DNA of 24,755 nucleotides. Origin: a virus (lineage: Duplodnaviria; Caudoviricetes). The translations under genes were made by a program, and so were the position numbers. The notes beneath the pieces were generated by a model. That model had not been told where the DNA came from, made no database searches, and saw only the letters and a program-made list of their open reading frames with translations. Each line of letters starts with the position of its first letter. The stretch's first letter is position 1. This document shows, piece by piece, positions 1 to 11,500 of this stretch. The DNA lies in IMG/VR virus record IMGVR_UViG_3300044723_007303, positions 1-24,755 of that record. One strand, 5' to 3'.

Positions 1-2
1 CA

Positions 3-3000
3 TGGAATCAGTTTAGAGAAAAGTGCTCTAGAGATATTGGATATTTTATAGATGCTGTAGAACATGATATTAGATTTGGAGGAAACTTTAAGAGCATTTC
101 AGCAGCTGAATCTTATTATAATAATAATAATGCAGTAGATCATATTACAGATCAAATCACAGAATCTTTAGATGCTTTTAAATATGCAGCAAAACTATGT
201 GCAGCAGCAATAAGAAACTGGGATTATACTGTTACAAACGCAGTAATTGCTCCAAACAATGAAACTGATATTATCCAAGTTGATTCTACATTTGGTATTG
301 TTGTTGGAATGAACATTAGTAGTGGTTCTCAATATGTTGAAGGAACTACGGTAACTGAAATTGTTAGTGATACTCAGGTAAGAGTTTCAAATAATTCTCT
401 CAATGCTTATATTGCAAATTCATTAGATGTCCAAGCAGGACAAACTGTAATTATTTTACTAAATGAGGTTTATGCAGGTGTACAAGTACAAGATACAGGA
501 ATCATAGAAGTTGGAGATGTTAATGTAGCGCAAGTTGGAGCTGCTACTTTAACATCAGTAACATCTTTCTTTACTATTCCACAAGTAACATTTTCTTTAA
601 GTAAAATAAACAATGGAACATTTTATGATGCATCCAATTTAATTGAGAAAAATAAATTATACATTCAAGAAGAAACTCTTGGATATATTAAAGCACAATA
701 TCCAACACTAGTCATACCAGACGAAACAAAGTGCAAGAGAGATACTGGTTACCTAGTAGATGCTATTGTGTATTCTTTAAGATATGGTGGAACTGAAAAG
801 ATAATTGAGTTTGCAAAGGCTTATTATGATGGAAACACTTTAAAATTTATTAATAGCGAACTTACAGAATCTGTTGAAGCATTTGAATATGCAGTATCAT
901 TAATGGTTTTGGCAATGAGAACTTTATTGCCAATTGGAACTTATACCTCAGAAATACCTTTTACAGGTCAAAATATTTTATCAGATCCAGAACCATTCTT
1001 AGCATCATGTATTGAAGTAGAATCTTCATTAGATTCTTATTCAAATATTGTAAGAACTTTACTTCTTAATGGCATCGGTATAATTCAACCAGAACCAGAA
1101 AATAGTCAGAGATCTGGAAACTGGACAAACAGAAAGACATATTCTAATTACGACATTATTGCAGATTCTAAATTGTTATCATATCCAGATTATGATGATT
1201 CTGTTGGATCAAAAGAATGTGATGACGTAGTAGATTCTATCTCGTCTCTTTATGGCGGATTAGAATCTGTATTATTAAATGGTATAGATTCTGTAATTAA
1301 AACAAATGCAGATTATATTGATGGCGAAACAAAAGATTTTGAATTATATTACGAAGACTCTTCTATAGTTAAAACAGATGAAAATGAAGATCTTCTTGTA
1401 TTCTTAAATGGCGTTTTGCAATTACCAAAATCTTATAATATTATAAGATCTAGTGATGAAAATGAACCAGATATTATATCATTCACAGAAGCACCGAAGT
1501 GGGAACAAAATTTAAATTCTATAACTACACAAGAACCAATAGCTATTGACAAAACTTTTATTACTAGAGTTGGTAGTTATGAATCTTTAACAATAGATAA
1601 CGAAAGAGTATCTATCAAAAAAACAGGACCATTTTTAATCTTTGATAGTAAAACAAATATTCCAAGAAAAATTGATGATACTAGATATGCTTATGTTTTT
1701 ATAGATGGTGTTTTACAAAATGCATCAAAATCTTATATAATCAGTGGCGCTACCATTACATTTAAAAAACCACTTCCATATCATATACTTGATGATGGAA
1801 CTCAAATTTCACCAAGAGTTGATATCTTACTATTCTATGGTAGGGATATTGAGAAAAAATTAACTTTCTATGATTTTGAACCAGAAACTTATTATAACAA
1901 AGTTAATTTTAGTATTACAGATTCTAGTATAGGTGCAACAGAGTACAATAAAATTGTACAATATTTCCAATTATTTGCTCCATCAAATTATAATTTTTCT
2001 AAAGTTGTAAACGGTATTGCATTACTTGAATTAAATACAACTACTGGAGAATTAAATATAATTGGAAATATCAAAAAAGTATTTTTTGATCAAAACTTAA
2101 ACAGAGTAGATTTTGTTCTTGCTAGCAATAATATTATGGTTGGCAATGAGTTTGGTATATTGGATCCAAATGGAACTCATATTTTATCATATGATGGTTC
2201 ATTAAGCAATCCTAATAATGTAAGTTACCAATTAAGTAATGAAGTAACTGCAGATTTTACTTATGATTTAGATGCAGAGACAGGATTAAGGAGACTTCCA
2301 AGAACTGCCTCTCCATTTGCATATGATACTGCACATGCAAAGAAAGAGTGGGATTTAAGACCATCAATGATTCCAAACTTAAAAGAAGGTGATAAGATTA
2401 AAATTGATGGAGAATCTGACTTTAGAGAAATAACTTCAATACCTGATACTGTATTCTCAAAAGATTTTAGACCTGGAGCTATTGTACATAATGAAATATA
2501 TGCAAAAGTATCAGCAACTAATTATAACGGATTTACGAAAGGAATTGGTTTAGGTATAGTTGCTGAACTATCAAATGGATCAGTTTCTAATTTAGTCTGG
2601 AATAAAAGAGATTACAATTTATATACTGAATTTGGAATAGTTGATAAATCAACTGCTTATGGATACATGTATCCACCAGAAATTGAATTTATTCCTGTTG
2701 ATAATAATGGTGGCGGAGCTAAAGCAGAAGCCATAGTATTAAATGGTATGGTAGTTGACATTGTATTAACAAATCCTGGATCTGGATATACACAACCACC
2801 AAGAGTAGTAGTTTCTCGTGGATATTTTAGAGACAAAGATCATAGAAAGATTGATTATTATATTACTTTCTTCAAAGTTGCTGCAGAAACAAATGTAAAA
2901 TCAAGTAATTTTGTTGTATCAACAATTACAGCAATAGTTGGTGGGTATCAACCAGATGGTGTTGTATTATATGCTTCTGTTTCTTCACCTGCAGAACTTA

Positions 3001-3680
3001 ATAATGAATTTGTAGGTGTCAATCAAATAACTATTGAAAATGAACTAGATGTTTCTGTTTCTCATGAAATTGTAAGTAAAATTGATGCTTCTGCAAAAGA
3101 AATATCAATGTCTTCAACTACTTTCAGCACTGCTGTTAATGTTGTTGAAGTTGATGCAAAACTTGTTGATGTTTCTATTGATAGAACAATTATAAACTTT
3201 ACAAAATTACTTGGATCTGTTGATAAAGCATTTAATGAATATCCAGATTTTTATAATCAAGATATCTTAGGAAATAGTTTACGAACGTTTGAAGGATTTA
3301 AATTTGTTGAAACAGGATACTCAGATGTGTCTTTACTAACAATTGAGGATTATTCAAATCTATATCCAGATTTGACGATTGGAGATTTTGATGAACCTGG
3401 AACTGTTCGTGTAAATACTACACTTGATCTCAGATTTACTTCTGCATATCCATCAATACAAAATTTTGCATCGTATCTAGATATTGCAGTAAATGCAACT
3501 GATAATACAATATACATTCCAGATACAAGTAGATTTGCATCATCAGGAAAACTTTTGCTTGGCGATGAAATAATTGAATATACATCTAAATTAATAGATC
3601 GTTTTATTGGAGTTACTAGAGGTGTAGATGGAACTACAGCAAAACCACACGATGCTGGAGATTTAATCAGAACCTTTTAA
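3..3680 (+). CDS. gp7: Large baseplate wedge initiator-like structural protein (cyanophage gp7-like), 5'-truncated by the window
   Basis: The frame of ORF 309..3680 is open back to base 3 (WNQFREKCSRDIGYFIDAVEHDIRFGGN...), so Met309 is internal. Has KCxRDxGYxxDA..GG repeats, 'LLVFLNGVLQ'/'VFIDGVLQ...ITF' modules, a GSGY module and a C-terminal 'RGVDGTTAKPH' motif; lies directly upstream of gp8. The gp7 label rests mainly on synteny. Confidence 0.7.
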   Translation, partial: WNQFREKCSRDIGYFIDAVEHDIRFGGNFKSISAAESYYNNNNAVDHITDQITESLDAFKYAAKLCAAAIRNWDYTVTNAVIAPNNETDIIQVDSTFGIVVGMNISSGSQYVEGTTVTEIVSDTQVRVSNNSLNAYIANSLDVQAGQTVIILLNEVYAGVQVQDTGIIEVGDVNVAQVGAATLTSVTSFFTIPQVTFSLSKINNGTFYDASNLIEKNKLYIQEETLGYIKAQYPTLVIPDETKCKRDTGYLVDAIVYSLRYGGTEKIIEFAKAYYDGNTLKFINSELTESVEAFEYAVSLMVLAMRTLLPIGTYTSEIPFTGQNILSDPEPFLASCIEVESSLDSYSNIVRTLLLNGIGIIQPEPENSQRSGNWTNRKTYSNYDIIADSKLLSYPDYDDSVGSKECDDVVDSISSLYGGLESVLLNGIDSVIKTNADYIDGETKDFELYYEDSSIVKTDENEDLLVFLNGVLQLPKSYNIIRSSDENEPDIISFTEAPKWEQNLNSITTQEPIAIDKTFITRVGSYESLTIDNERVSIKKTGPFLIFDSKTNIPRKIDDTRYAYVFIDGVLQNASKSYIISGATITFKKPLPYHILDDGTQISPRVDILLFYGRDIEKKLTFYDFEPETYYNKVNFSITDSSIGATEYNKIVQYFQLFAPSNYNFSKVVNGIALLELNTTTGELNIIGNIKKVFFDQNLNRVDFVLASNNIMVGNEFGILDPNGTHILSYDGSLSNPNNVSYQLSNEVTADFTYDLDAETGLRRLPRTASPFAYDTAHAKKEWDLRPSMIPNLKEGDKIKIDGESDFREITSIPDTVFSKDFRPGAIVHNEIYAKVSATNYNGFTKGIGLGIVAELSNGSVSNLVWNKRDYNLYTEFGIVDKSTAYGYMYPPEIEFIPVDNNGGGAKAEAIVLNGMVVDIVLTNPGSGYTQPPRVVVSRGYFRDKDHRKIDYYITFFKVAAETNVKSSNFVVSTITAIVGGYQPDGVVLYASVSSPAELNNEFVGVNQITIENELDVSVSHEIVSKIDASAKEISMSSTTFSTAVNVVEVDAKLVDVSIDRTIINFTKLLGSVDKAFNEYPDFYNQDILGNSLRTFEGFKFVETGYSDVSLLTIEDYSNLYPDLTIGDFDEPGTVRVNTTLDLRFTSAYPSIQNFASYLDIAVNATDNTIYIPDTSRFASSGKLLLGDEIIEYTSKLIDRFIGVTRGVDGTTAKPHDAGDLIRTF

Positions 3681-3690
3681 TGCTTAATTG

Positions 3691-3698
3691 TATAAATA
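3691..3698 (+). promoter_or_regulatory. T4-type late promoter (gp55 sigma) core
   Basis: Exact TATAAATA in the intergenic gap, about 30 nt before the gp8 ATG. Confidence 0.88.
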
Positions 3699-3727
3699 TA
3701 TCAGAAATTGTAGAAGAGATTTTTTAA

Positions 3728-5536
3728 ATGCCTGCCATCATCTCAGAAAAGTTTAGAATTTTTAATGCGAAGCAGTTTATAGAGTCTTTTACTGAAGGCA
3801 GTGGAGAGTCTGATACCGCTAGAACCAGAATGTATTTCTTTGTAGGTCGTCCTCAAAGATGGGATGCATATCTAGAAATTTACAGTCAAAATGCTACAGC
3901 ATTTAATGTTGGAGACGAAGTTTTCGTTGGTGCTAACTACGGATCTTCAACTTTCAGAGCAAAAGTAAGACAAGTTTTTGCAGAAAGTCTTCTTCTCTAT
4001 GATGTAAATGGTGCGGCAGGAATCTCTAGCACACCAAGTGTTGGTTCAACTTTACTTGGTTACTCGGGTGGAGTTAACACTGGTGCGCAAGCTGTAACAG
4101 GAGTTTACAGATATGCTACAGATGAAATTCCACCTCAACCACTAGATAACCAGACAGAAAAGTATGCTGTCTATGACGACCTAATTTCTGCGAAAAGAAT
4201 TTCATCTGATTATGTTAGAACTGTAGTAACTAGATATAATTGGATTGCAGGCACAATCTATGACATGTGGAAACCAGACTACTCAGGTGTTTCTACTGGA
4301 AGAACTGGCAAGACAGCGGCAAATGGAGCTCCATCAATTTCTTCAGCGAAATATTATGTAATGAATAGTTCTTATCAAGTTTGGTCTTGTGTTCAAAATT
4401 CAAATGGATCACAATCAACTGAAGAACCTTCTATTACTCCATCTGTAGGAACTTATGATTCTGGAACAGGATTGTTCAGAGAATCTACTGGTACATATGT
4501 GTGGAAATATATGTATACTATTCCAACAGATGACGTTATGAGATTCCTCACAACTGATTTTATGCCAATTGTATTGCCAACAGAAGCAACTAGAGCAAAC
4601 GTTTTGGCAACACAAGTTGTTGACGGAGCAATTGATGCATATGTAATTGAAGATGAAGGAACTGGATTGACCAACGGAACTTATTATGCTCCAGTTGTTG
4701 GTGATGGATCTGGTGCTATTGCAGTAGTTACTGTTAGTGGTAATGTTATTACATCTGTAGAAACATATTCAACTAATAGAGGTTCTGGTTATACATACGG
4801 ATCTATTACATTTGCTACTGGTACAGGATCTGGTGCAACTGCTAATGGACTATTTGGCAACCCTACTTTGACTACACCAGCAAATCCAGGTGGTCAAGCA
4901 AATATTGAAGTTGTAATTCCACCTCAGGGAGGATATGGTGCTGATATGGAGTTAGAATTGAATGGAAAGAGAGTTCTAACAAACATTCGTTTGGCATCAA
5001 ATGAAGGAAGTGGAGATTTCCCTGTTGATAATGATTTCCGCAGAATTGGTATTATTCAAGACCCAACTTCAAATGGATCTCTTGCAATTGCAGACACCTT
5101 GAATGGATTGACTGCATTGAAGATTACAGGAGCTGGTGCTGATTATATTGTAGATGAAGTTGTAACTCAAGATTTGGGTGGCGGACTAACTGCAAAAGGA
5201 ACCGTTGTTTCTTGGGAACCAGATACTGTAGGTTCTTTCAATGGTGTGTTAAAAATATTCCAATCCACAGAATATCACAAAGATAATGGTGTTGTAAGAG
5301 CATTTAATTCTTCACTTTCTGCGACTGTTGATGGAACTGATTCTGTTACTGCAGGAACTATTGATAACACTTACAATGCTACATCTGGTCCAAGTTTGTT
5401 TGGAACATTTACTAATGGCATTTCACTTCCTGAAATTGACAATAATAGTGGAGATGTCATATACATAGAGAATAGAAGACTAATCACGAGAGCTCCTGAT
5501 CAGATTGAAGATATCAAACTAGTTATAGAGTTCTGA
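3728..5536 (+). CDS. gp8: Baseplate wedge subunit gp8
   Basis: N-terminus MPAIISEKFRIFNAKQFIES, 'YFFVGRPQRW', 'RYNWIAGTIYDM', 'YVWKYMYTIP', 'FRRIGIIQDP' and C-terminus 'SGDVIYIENRRLITRAPDQIEDIKLVIEF' match cyanophage gp8. Confidence 0.92.
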   Translation: MPAIISEKFRIFNAKQFIESFTEGSGESDTARTRMYFFVGRPQRWDAYLEIYSQNATAFNVGDEVFVGANYGSSTFRAKVRQVFAESLLLYDVNGAAGISSTPSVGSTLLGYSGGVNTGAQAVTGVYRYATDEIPPQPLDNQTEKYAVYDDLISAKRISSDYVRTVVTRYNWIAGTIYDMWKPDYSGVSTGRTGKTAANGAPSISSAKYYVMNSSYQVWSCVQNSNGSQSTEEPSITPSVGTYDSGTGLFRESTGTYVWKYMYTIPTDDVMRFLTTDFMPIVLPTEATRANVLATQVVDGAIDAYVIEDEGTGLTNGTYYAPVVGDGSGAIAVVTVSGNVITSVETYSTNRGSGYTYGSITFATGTGSGATANGLFGNPTLTTPANPGGQANIEVVIPPQGGYGADMELELNGKRVLTNIRLASNEGSGDFPVDNDFRRIGIIQDPTSNGSLAIADTLNGLTALKITGAGADYIVDEVVTQDLGGGLTAKGTVVSWEPDTVGSFNGVLKIFQSTEYHKDNGVVRAFNSSLSATVDGTDSVTAGTIDNTYNATSGPSLFGTFTNGISLPEIDNNSGDVIYIENRRLITRAPDQIEDIKLVIEF

Positions 5537-5578
5537 TTAAGTCTGTTTATTAATAACAAAAGTAGATAGACTCGTAAA

Positions 5579-8500
5579 ATGCCACAGAAGACTAACCTCA
5601 ATGTAGATCCCTACTTTGATGATTTTGATCCATCCAAGAACTTTTACAGAGTTCTTTTTAGACCTGGATATTCTATCCAAAGTAGAGAACTTACTACTTT
5701 GCAGTCTATTTTGCAAAATCAGATTGAAAGTTATGGTAAGTTCCAGTTCAAACAAGGAGAACTTGTTGTACCTGGAGAAGTTGGTCTAAACAATAATCTG
5801 GATTATGTAAAATTATCTTCTGTATCAGAAATTGCTGTTAATGTTGACGGTGAAATTGTTTATCGTAAATATGATATAAAGCAACTAGTAGGTGAAAAAT
5901 TACAAGGCATTACTTCTGGAGTTATAGCTACTGTTATAGAGGCAGATTACGCTACAGAATCAGAAGCAGATACACTTTACGTAAAGTATACCACAAGTGG
6001 CGATGCTGCCACTGAGAAGACCTTCAGGCAGGGTGAAACACTTGAAGTAGTAAATGGTATCAATACTCCTTTATTGATCGTTGGAACCGATGGTAGCGTC
6101 CTCCCAACTAGCATATCTATTGTAGATCCAGATACTGGAGAAGTATCTAACGAATTAAGTCCTGCAATGGGACATTCTTCAGCTGTAAAAGTTGAAGAAG
6201 GTATTTATTTTGTTAATGGGTTCTTTGTTCGTAATGACGAAGAAATACTTATTATAAACAAGTATTATAACAAACCTTCAGCAAAAGTAGGATTTAAAAT
6301 TTCAGAATCTTTGATTTTTGCTGAGGAAGATAGTTCTTTATATGATAATTCACGAGGATATTCAAACTTTGCATCTCCTGGAGCAAGTAGATTAAAAATA
6401 TCTCTTTCTCTAGAAAAGTATGATTACTCTCAAATTACAGATAAAAACTTTATTCAGATATTAAAAGTAAAATCTGGTATTATTGAAAAGCAGATCAAGA
6501 AAGCAGATTATACATTAATTGAAGATACTTTAGCAAAAAGAACGTATGACGAATCTGGTGATTATGTAGTAGATAATTTTTCTGTAAATGTCAGAGAATT
6601 TTATCAAAATGATACTAATAACGGAGTTTATGATTTAAACACTGATAATACTGTTAACGGTATCTCTCTGGACGAAGCAAAGAAAAAGATGATTGCTTCT
6701 ATTGGTCCAGGAAAAGCATACGTAAAAGGTTATGAAATTGTTAATAAAGACACAAAGTTTTTAGAAATTGATAAAGCAAGAGATAGTCTTGATAGAGATA
6801 ATGTTACATTAAAGGGAAGAGGAGTATCTGATTTTAAAATTACAAATACATATGGATCTATTCCTTTAAATGCAGATGGATCTGAATTGACTTCATATCC
6901 AGATGCATACTTATACTCTACATTTAATGACGGTAGTATTGGTCTCAATGGATCTTCAAATGATTACAAAACTACTGTTTCTAGAAGAGGAGAGCAATAT
7001 TCTTATATTTCAGACACCACAACATTTTCAAATGAAGACATTGGTATTAAAACAATTTACTTGGAGTTAAGTTTAGATTCTCCAATTAACTTTGGTGATG
7101 TAGCTTCATCTAGTGATTTTAGAACTTTAATTGGAGATCTTTGGTTTAAAAGATCAGAAACTGAAGTTTCTTTGGTAAAATCTATTGCATATTCTCTTGT
7201 AAAAAGACCAGAAATTGATGGATCTGGTCAAACAGATTACATGGAGTTAACAGTTTATGGAAATAAAAATGATTTAAATATATTCTTTAAAGAATATAAT
7301 GAAAACGTATCAGTAAACCAAACTGTTCTTTATAGATCAAAAGAAGATGCAGAATCAAGTTCTAATGGATTTGCTACAATTAGAGACTATAATGAAATAA
7401 TTACTCCTTTGGTTGGAATTTCAAAACCAAAGAATTTTTATTTTAAAGATCTTCCTACAGGATTTAATTCTAACGTTGATAAAATTATTTCCAAAGGTGT
7501 CAATGGATATGATGGTACTTTTTCTTATAGTTACTTCAATCCAATATTCTTTACAAAGATAACATTAGATGATGTAGTTGCTTCAAATACATTCCTTCCT
7601 GGAAAATATATTACAGGATCAAAGAGTGGTGCTTATGGAGTTATTGAAGGAACTTCTGGTGGAGCATTTTCTTTTGCAAATCAGTTATTTGTAAAAACTT
7701 TATCTGGTAATTTTCTTCCTGGTGAAACAATTTCCGATGAAGATAATAATGTAAGAAGAATCGCGATTGAGAATACAATCTCCCATTTTATTGTTACTAG
7801 AAAACAATCTGGATATCCTGCAGGAAACACTACAATTTCTTTGAATGGTATTGAATATGACAATTCTAAAATATCATTAGGAATTTCTGGAGATCAAACT
7901 TTATATAAGGTTGCAATTGCAGACAGAAATGCAACATTGCAAACTTATGCAACTCCACCTACAGTAAAAGCTTTAGTTAATGGGTCTACAGCATCTCTAG
8001 ATCCAGAAGCAACAATTATTGCTGTATTGTTTAAAAACACAGTAATTAACTATTCTCCAAATAATGTAAAATCTTTATACTCTGTATTTGGATCTGGCAA
8101 TACAAATAAGTTTAGCGCTGACATTGATTTAAATAGAGAAAAATATTCTAATGTTTCACAAGTAACCTCATTTACTTTTTCTGGAACAAAAGGTTATAAG
8201 TATCTAGAATCAAATGGATTTGGTGATGACGCATCAAAATATTTACAGCAAGGAGATTTAATTCAATTTACAGATTCTACTGGAAATGTAAATAAGTCTA
8301 TTGTACAATATACAACTAGTCCAGAAGGAACTATAAAAACAAGAATTTATTTAGATTCTGCTTTACAAGAAAATGTATTAAATTCATCTGTTGTTTCTGT
8401 AAGACCAAAACAATCAAATACAACAAAATCAACTTTACTATTCCCGACAGGAAGTAAGCAGACAAAATCTTTAGTAAAAGATGTATCTGATTCTAAATTT

Positions 8501-11500
8501 AAATATTATTTTAGAAGAGATTTTGTCGTTGAAGCTACTTCTTCTGGTGGCAATTTAACTTTTGCTGCTCAATTGCCATTTGGAACACAAAGATTTGTAA
8601 AATACGAAAAAGAAAATTATATCATTACTGTCTTAGATAAAGGAAATTCAACTGAAGTAGAAAAAGGCGACATTCTTTATGTTGATGAAAGTTATGTAAA
8701 TATTTCTACTTCTACAGATTCTACAAGTGGTCTCACTTCTGGAAGTGTTACTATTAATCTTCCTAACAATTTCTTTGGTGAGAATCTTTCAGCACCTTTC
8801 CCAACATTAAAACTAACTGCAACATTAGAAGTTTCAAAAGCAAAACCAAGATTAAAAACCTCAATTGCTAATAAGAGAATTGTTATTACATCCAGTGGAG
8901 ATAGAGTAATTCCACTTAGAGGATATGATTATGACACAGAAGATACCGAATCATATAGTTACTCTGATGCATACAAGTTAAGATATGTTTATGTTGGTGG
9001 TGCAAATCCACCTGTAGTTGATCTAAGTGGCAATTTAATTAGTGGCGAAGATGTAACAAATAGATTTACATTTGATAATGGACAAAGAGATACTTTTTAT
9101 GATATTTCCAGAATTGTATTAAAACCTGGATTTGAACCTCCAAACGGTCAATTAGTTGTTGGGTTTGATTATTTTGAACACTCTCAAGGAGATTTCTGCA
9201 CAGTAGATTCATACCTACATGAAGCAGGTGTTGGAGAAGAAGAAATTCCAGATTTTAATTCTTCTGTTTATGGCAACCTTTTACTTAAAGATGTTGTTGA
9301 TTTTAGACCAAAAGTAGATGCGACATCTTTAATAACTGGATTCCAAGACAATTCTATTTTAAGTAAGTCTAATTTTATTAGTTTCAATGGACCTGGTGGT
9401 GTATCAAGTAGCACTCCAGCAATTGATTCAAATATTGATTATACAATTTCATTCAGTCAATCGCAATATTTAGATAGAATTGATGGTATTTTCCTGACGA
9501 AGAAAGGAGATTTTGTTATTAAAAAAGGAAATTCTTCTTTAAACCCAACAAAACCAGAATCTATAGATGATAGCATTCCTTTGTATTATGTTTATATTCC
9601 TGCATTTACTAATTCAAGTGAAGATGTAAAAATTATTGCGGTTGATAATCGTAGATATACGATGCGCGACATTGGTAAATTAGAAAAACGTATTGAACGT
9701 CTTGAACATTATACTACATTGAGCATTCTAGAGCAACAAGCTTTAAACATGCAAATTAAAGATGAAGTTGGTATTGACAGATTTAAGGTTGGATTTATTG
9801 TTGATAATTTTGAATCTCATAAAGTTGGCAACTTATCTTCTATTGACTACAAGTGTTCTATTGATACACAACAGTCTGTCTTAAGACCAGAAGCAAAAGA
9901 AGATTCTTTAAACATTGAAGAGTTATATCAATCAGATGAAGAAAGATCAATTAGTGGATATGTTAATAATGATGGAATTGTTACTTTACCATTCACAAAT
10001 TTAAATCTTGTTCAAAATCAATTTGCTACAAAGAAAATTAATCCAAATCCATTTGTAGTAATTCAATATGCTGGTGACGGATCTTTAAGTCCACAAGTAG
10101 ATCAATGGTATGACAATACAACAAAACCATTAATTGTTAATGATAATGTTGGATTGTTCTCTATTTTTTCTGCAAAGCAAACTACTGATTCTGCTACATC
10201 AAGTATTTACAATAATTATATTGTTAACTGGGTGGGAACAGATAGAACCTTCTATAATATTGACCCTCTTACATCTTTGAATGCAGAAAAATCTAAAACA
10301 AGTATAGATTTGGCTTCAATTTCTAGTAGTTCTAATATAAGTCCTCAAAATTATGAACTTGCTCAAGGTATTAATAGAAATGTTATTGGAAACAAATCTG
10401 TATTAAATGCTGTTCAATATTATGCAAGAACACAGGCAGTCAAATTTACTGTTGGTAGAATGAAACCAGAAACTGAAATATTTGTTTTCATGGAAGGAAC
10501 AAATATTGGAAGATGGGTTAATCCCGACTTTAAGTTTACTGGTATTGCTGGAAACTCTTCTACTGCCTTTGGAAGATCTATTGTTACAGATGAAAATGGA
10601 AATGCAAGTGGTGTTATTGTCATTCCAGCAGGATATGCTCCAGTAGAAGGATCTTCTTGGAATAACAGCATAGAATCTATAAATTATGATACTACAGGAA
10701 AATCATTAAGATTCCCTACTGGTATAAAAACTATTAGATTTACATCAAGTTCTGAAAACGAAAGTAAAAATACTGTAGAAACTTATGCAGAAGTAAAATA
10801 TTACGCTACAGGTATTATTCCACAAAGTCCTCCTTCAATTATTTCAACACGACCATCTTACTTTAAATCAAATGAAGGAGTACAATTAATTGATAGTAAT
10901 ACTGATATTGAAGTAAGACCAAATCCACTAGCACAAACTTTCAAAATTGAAAATTATGAAGGTGGCGTTTTTGCTACTGGTGTAGATCTATTCTTCAACA
11001 AAAAAAGTTCTGATATTCCTATCAGAGTTTATTTGACAAATATAGATTTAGGAAAACCAGCAAAAAATATTATTCCAGGAACTGAGTGTTCTTTGAATCC
11101 AGAAACTAAATTAAAAGTATATACAAGTGGTTCTTTGCCTTTGAAAATTGGCGAACTTATCAATGGCGTAAAATCAGGTGCTTCTGGTCCACTTGCAAAG
11201 GTATATGATAAAAATAATTCAGAGGTTGTTGCTTCTGCTAGCGGGATTGTGACTTTAAATAATGAACAGGTTTATACATTAGTTCTTTCAAACTATAATG
11301 GAATTTACTTCTCTCAGAATGAAAAGTTAACAAGTGATACATTAACTTCCGAAAATAATCTAAAAGGTACTAATTTGACAGTAACCATTGCAAAAGATTC
11401 TGGAAAGATTTCCGAAATATCAATTGATTCAGTGGGTAATAATTATGATAATGCTATTTTAAGTATTGAAAGTCCACAATTGCCAGGAGGAACATCTGCT

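Noticed and set aside
309-311. ORF-track start of the first CDS
   Set aside because: The frame is open from base 3 and encodes another copy of the KCxRDxGY repeat, so this Met is internal.
5990-6112. Mildly GC-rich patch in the VrlC-like gene
   Set aside because: No clear G/C polarity or repeat by eye; cannot be distinguished from background without computation.
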